Positions 35,227-38,759 of a stretch of DNA of 38,759 nucleotides are shown here, piece after piece; positions within the stretch are counted from its first letter, which is position 1; each line of letters begins with the position of its first letter. Source of the stretch: Escherichia phage mEpX2. Below the pieces are notes generated by a model. That model had not been told where the DNA came from. It searched no databases and was given only the letters and a program-made list of their open reading frames with translations. The stretch lies in sequence record NC_019705.1; one strand, written 5' to 3'. The translations under genes were made by a program, and so were the position numbers.

Positions 35227-35550
35227 ATGAAGATGCCAGAAAAAAATGACCTGTTAGCCGCCATTCTCGCGGCAAAGGAACAAGGCATCGGGGCAATCCT
35301 TGCGTTTGCAATGGCGTACCTTCGCGGCAGATATAATGGCGGTGCGTTTACAAAAACAGTAATCGACGCAACGATGTGCGCCATTATCGCCTGGTTCATT
35401 CGTGACCTTCTCGACTTCGCCGGACTAAGTAGCAATCTCGCTTATATAACGAGCGTGTTCATCGGCTACATCGGTACTGACTCGATTGGTTCGCTTATCA
35501 AACGCTTCGCTGCTAAAAAAGCCGGAGTAGAAGATGGTGGAAATCAATAA
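35227..35550 (+). CDS. S: holin (lambda S-like, dual start Met1/Met3)
   Basis: 107-aa ORF MKMPEK... with three TM segments; immediately upstream of endolysin. Confidence 0.9.
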   Translation: MKMPEKNDLLAAILAAKEQGIGAILAFAMAYLRGRYNGGAFTKTVIDATMCAIIAWFIRDLLDFAGLSSNLAYITSVFIGYIGTDSIGSLIKRFAAKKAGVEDGGNQ

Positions 35551-36010
35551 TCAACGTAAGGCGTTCCTCGATATGCTGGCATGGTCAGAGGGAACTGATA
35601 ACGGACGTCAGAAAACCAGAAATCATGGTTATGACGTCATTGTAGGCGGAGAGCTATTCACTGATTACTCCGATCACCCTCGCAAACTTGTCACGCTAAA
35701 CCCCAAACTCAAATCAACAGCCGCCGGACGCTACCAGCTTCTTTCCCGTTGGTGGGATGCCTACCGTAAGCAGCTTGGCCTGAAAGACTTCTCTCCGAAA
35801 AGCCAGGACGCTGTGGCATTGCAGCAGATTAAGGAGCGTGGCGCTTTGCCGATGATTGATCGTGGTGATATTCGTCAGGCAATTGACCGTTGCAGCAATA
35901 TCTGGGCTTCACTGCCGGGCGCTGGTTATGGTCAGTTCGAGCATAAGGCTGACAGCCTGATTGCAAAATTCAAAGAGGCTGGCGGAACGGTCAGAGAGAT
36001 TGAGGTATGA
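35534..36010 (+). CDS. R: endolysin (lambda R-like lytic transglycosylase)
   Basis: 158-aa ORF overlapping holin stop. Confidence 0.9.
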   Translation: MVEINNQRKAFLDMLAWSEGTDNGRQKTRNHGYDVIVGGELFTDYSDHPRKLVTLNPKLKSTAAGRYQLLSRWWDAYRKQLGLKDFSPKSQDAVALQQIKERGALPMIDRGDIRQAIDRCSNIWASLPGAGYGQFEHKADSLIAKFKEAGGTVREIEV

Positions 36011-36444
36011 GCAGAGTCACCGCGATTATCTCCGCTCTGGTTATCTGCATCATCGTTTGCCTGTCATGGGCTGTTAATCATTACCGTGATAACGCCATTA
36101 CCTACAAAGCCCAGCGCGACAAAGCCACATCCATCATCGCTGACATGCAGAAGCGTCAACGTGATGTAGCAGAACTTGACGCCAGATACACAAAGGAGCT
36201 TGCTGATGCTAACGCGACTATCGAAAGTCTCCGTGCTGATGTTTCTGCTGGTCGTAAGCGCCTGCAAGTCGCCGCCACCTGTGCAAAGTCAACGACCGGA
36301 GCCAGCAGCATGGGCGATGGAGAAAGCGCAAGACTTACAGCAGATGCTGAACTCAATTATTACCGTCTCCGAAGTGGAATCGACAGGATAACCGCGCAGG
36401 TTAACTACCTGCAGGAGTACATCAGGACTCAGTGCCTGAAATAA
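36007..36444 (+). CDS. Rz: i-spanin Rz
   Basis: 145-aa ORF with N-terminal TM segment and coiled coil, after endolysin. Confidence 0.85.
   Translation: MSRVTAIISALVICIIVCLSWAVNHYRDNAITYKAQRDKATSIIADMQKRQRDVAELDARYTKELADANATIESLRADVSAGRKRLQVAATCAKSTTGASSMGDGESARLTADAELNYYRLRSGIDRITAQVNYLQEYIRTQCLK
36206..36391 (+). CDS. Rz1: o-spanin Rz1 (embedded in +1 frame of Rz)
   Basis: Lipoprotein signal [20 protein letters not shown] followed by proline-rich segment, entirely within Rz. Confidence 0.7.
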   Translation: MLTRLSKVSVLMFLLVVSACKSPPPVQSQRPEPAAWAMEKAQDLQQMLNSIITVSEVESTG

Positions 36445-36475
36445 TTTTTTGCAAATCACAAAGTCCATTTAATGA

Positions 36476-36498
36476 GCCTCGCGATGCGGGGCTTTTTT
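36476..36498 (+). terminator. intrinsic terminator after lysis cassette
   Basis: GCCTCGC-GAT-GCGGGGC hairpin followed by TTTTTT. Confidence 0.55.
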
Positions 36499-36648
36499 AT
36501 GTCCGCAGTAAACGCGCATTCTCGTGCGCATATCAACCAAGAGCTTTTCGGGATATGAGACAGAGACAGGACGGTGGCTTACATCGTGCCGCTCTTGGGC
36601 TGTCCATGTCTGCGAGAACTGGCTCATATCACCAAAAAGGTAAATACG

Positions 36649-37377
36649 ATGTCCAATATCATCCCGATTGATTTCGAAGGCCATCCCATGCGTTTTTCTG
36701 ACGATGGCTGGTTTGACGCGACTGCGGCAGCTGACAAGTTCAACAAGGAGCCGGCTCAGTGGCTTAGGCTTCCTGAGACTGTCCGTTACATCGAGGCGTT
36801 AAAGAGTAGATATGGGAATATCACATATGTAAAAACCAGCCGCGCTCGCAAAGACCGTGGCGGCGGAACATGGCTTCACCCAAAACTGGCGGTCAGATTT
36901 GCTCGATGGCTTTCTGTAGATTTTGAGATCTGGTGTGATGAGCAAATTGACGCAATCATTCAGGGTTCCGTTCATCATATCGACGATGAAAGAATAAAGG
37001 CTATTTTCCTTCTGGATAAATCTCAGCCATGGGAAAAGAGGTTTAGCGATCCGTTTTATTCTGCGATGTTCAAAATGTCAGGGCTGCCCCGTCATCGACC
37101 AGGTCGTCGCCCCGCACTATTTGGGATGATCAGTGCCAAGTGGGTATATGGCCAGGTATTACCACCAGAAGTATATGCAGAGGTTAAAAGACGGCTGGCT
37201 GCGGGAGACAAAATCCATCAGCACCTTAAACCTGACGCGCTGACATTGGTTGAGCGACAGATCATTGCCGTTACCAGCATTGCCAATGGGTGCTCTGATT
37301 ATCGTGATTTCGAAGCGCGTTGCATGTCGGCATTCCCGGTGAAAGGGCAGATGAAATTGCTCTATGCGGCGGCCTGA
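36649..37377 (+). CDS. KilA-N/Bro-N-like domain protein
   Basis: 242-aa ORF; N-terminal FEGHPMRF..DGWFDATAAADKF pattern. Confidence 0.55.
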   Translation: MSNIIPIDFEGHPMRFSDDGWFDATAAADKFNKEPAQWLRLPETVRYIEALKSRYGNITYVKTSRARKDRGGGTWLHPKLAVRFARWLSVDFEIWCDEQIDAIIQGSVHHIDDERIKAIFLLDKSQPWEKRFSDPFYSAMFKMSGLPRHRPGRRPALFGMISAKWVYGQVLPPEVYAEVKRRLAAGDKIHQHLKPDALTLVERQIIAVTSIANGCSDYRDFEARCMSAFPVKGQMKLLYAAA

Positions 37378-37379
37378 TC

Positions 37380-37637
37380 ATGAGCACCCGAATAATAGAA
37401 TGCGCCTCCAGAGCGGGGCGCGACTTCTCAGAGTTCATGAAAGGCGAGAAGGGCATGATGGAAGCATTGGCCTCGGTGGATGAGTTTGGCGAGCAACTCC
37501 GTATTAACGGTTGCGTCAACCATCACTTTGTCAGCTACATGATGCGGAACTCGATCATGCAGGCATTCATGGACATGGCAAAAGCCGAGAGGAAAGAAGA
37601 GCGCCGGCGTAAGCGAGCGGAAGCAAAAGCGAAGTAA
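37380..37637 (+). CDS. hypothetical protein with basic C-terminal tail
   Basis: 85-aa ORF whose ATG follows the upstream stop by 2 nt. Confidence 0.45.
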   Translation: MSTRIIECASRAGRDFSEFMKGEKGMMEALASVDEFGEQLRINGCVNHHFVSYMMRNSIMQAFMDMAKAERKEERRRKRAEAKAK

Positions 37638-38029
37638 CCATTACAAAGCTCATCTGCGGGTGGGCTTGATAATGAAACCGGAGTTAATTTCTGGTCACTA
37701 ATTAACGGCAGCACCGCGAAACAACCCAAGCCAGAAAGTGGGGAAATAACACTGGCAGCCACTGAAAGATAAACCTCCTGCCTTATGGCAAAAAAGATTC
37801 TTTGTGGTGGCTGACTGATGGAAAGACATCGGTTATTGCAGAGACCATTCAATGAGTGGTCTCGACAATGGCTTATACCCTGCACGGGATAACTTAACTG
37901 ATATCCCTTTTAACGGATAAACGGAGCCAACAATGGCAGAGATTATTCTCATGACTGAAGAACAGAAATTCCAGTTAGAGATTTACAAACTGGTCATGAA
38001 CCAGAACGCCGCCGTGCATGGAGACTGGC

Positions 38030-38371
38030 ATGAACAAAGAGCCCCGCGTATATGGCAGCCGATGGGATAAGGCCCGTCTGCGTTTTCTCCAGCAGCACCC
38101 ACTGTGTGTGATGTGCGAGCAGCAGGGGCGCATAACACCAGCAACGGTGGTCGACCATATCGTGCCCCACAAACTGAAAGATGCGCTTAAGTCAGGTAAC
38201 CCTCTGGCCATATCGAAAGCACAGCTCCTGTTCTGGAGTAAAGAGAACTGGCAGCCACTGTGCAAAGCGCATCATGACTCAACGAAACAGAGAATGGAGA
38301 AGAGCGGCGCGGTAATCGGTTGTGATGCCAACGGCTACCCGCTCGATCCTGCGTCTCACTGGAGCACGTAA
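38030..38371 (+). CDS. HNH endonuclease (terminase-associated)
   Basis: ORF with CxxC...H...CxxH HNH-type motif; SD GGAGA; upstream of terS as in HK97-like phages; alternative start 38018. Confidence 0.75.
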   Translation: MNKEPRVYGSRWDKARLRFLQQHPLCVMCEQQGRITPATVVDHIVPHKLKDALKSGNPLAISKAQLLFWSKENWQPLCKAHHDSTKQRMEKSGAVIGCDANGYPLDPASHWST

Positions 38372-38574
38372 TGAAAGACCTCATCATTGAATACCGAGAC
38401 GGTAAGTTTGTTCAGCTGGCGATTGATGGCGTGGAGATGAAGCGCGTAACGTCTATCCAGTTCTCCCACACCTTAGGCGAGGACGTACCGACATTGACCG
38501 TGTCAGGACATGTGTGGTCCGAGTATGGGAAAGGCGATCACAAACTCGAACAGGTAGACAAACATTCGGCATAG
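38371..38574 (+). CDS. hypothetical protein
   Basis: 67-aa ORF with ATGA overlap to HNH stop. Confidence 0.45.
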   Translation: MKDLIIEYRDGKFVQLAIDGVEMKRVTSIQFSHTLGEDVPTLTVSGHVWSEYGKGDHKLEQVDKHSA

Positions 38575-38759
38575 CGCGGCGGCGGCAAGTCGATTATCTA
38601 TCATGTGAAATCATTTCAAATGCAACGATATCAAATGAGAATGAATCGCATTCATGGCAGGGGGGGGGATCAAATCTTCAAAACCTTTGCCCTAAATGAC
38701 CGCCGCCAAAGTTTGAATTTAACGCTAACCCGATTTTTTTAGTTTTAAGGTGTTGACAT
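38575..38759. other. putative cos/packaging region and terS ribosome-binding site
   Basis: Non-coding segment between last ORF and terS; contains a 9-G run (38660-38668) and GC-rich motifs GCGGCGGCGGC / GACCGCCGCC; SD AAGGTG at 38744-38749. Confidence 0.3.

Noticed and set aside
37535-37885. 116-aa ORF on the minus strand
   Set aside because: Overlaps the 3' end of the 85-aa plus-strand gene and AT-rich intergenic DNA; no RBS and opposite to the local transcription direction.
37933-38070. 45-codon plus-strand ORF with SD GGAG upstream of the HNH gene
   Set aside because: Overlaps the preferred HNH endonuclease start by about 40 nt in another frame; cannot be distinguished from chance without expression data.

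Overview
The window reads as an essentially complete ~38.8-kb lambdoid temperate siphophage genome (or an excised prophage), permuted so that it starts at the small terminase gene. Its likely ribosome-binding site (AAGGTG) sits at the very end of the window, so the sequence behaves as a circle. Modules in order: 1..19690 (+) late operon with HK97-type head genes (terS, terL, portal, prohead protease, major capsid, connector/adaptor proteins) and lambda-type tail genes (major tail, G/GT chaperone with a GGGAAAG -1 frameshift, tape measure, M, L, K, I, J, side tail fiber with C-terminal S74 chaperone domain); 20024..20069 an att core that is the 3' 46 nt of tRNA-Thr(CGU), followed by a P22-like tyrosine integrase and excisionase (-); 21.6..26.3 kb (-) early-left operon (ea-type ORFs, DEDD exonuclease, SSB, single-strand annealing protein, Kil-like, CIII-like, small acidic proteins, N antiterminator); immunity region with lambda CI-like repressor (-), a co-transcribed small membrane protein in the rex position, OL/OR operators (AATAC-N5-GTATT palindromes), Cro, nutL/nutR, CII; replication (O-like initiator with internal ori iterons, DnaB-type helicase); nin region (NinB, NinF, Rha/KilAC antirepressor, YbcO-like, RusA, NinH); Q, pR', lambda-like S/R/Rz/Rz1 lysis cassette; then a KilA-N-like protein, small ORFs, an HNH endonuclease and a putative cos region. 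No rRNA, CRISPR array or intact tRNA gene was seen. Protein-family calls come from reading the translations against remembered family signatures; no database search was run, so they need confirmation by BLAST/HMM. The most promising candidates for an undescribed accessory function are the repressor-linked membrane protein (26663..27052), the two lipoprotein morons in the tail region (12681..13022, 18229..18462), the acidic small proteins between N and cIII, and the KilA-N/85-aa pair after the lysis cassette.
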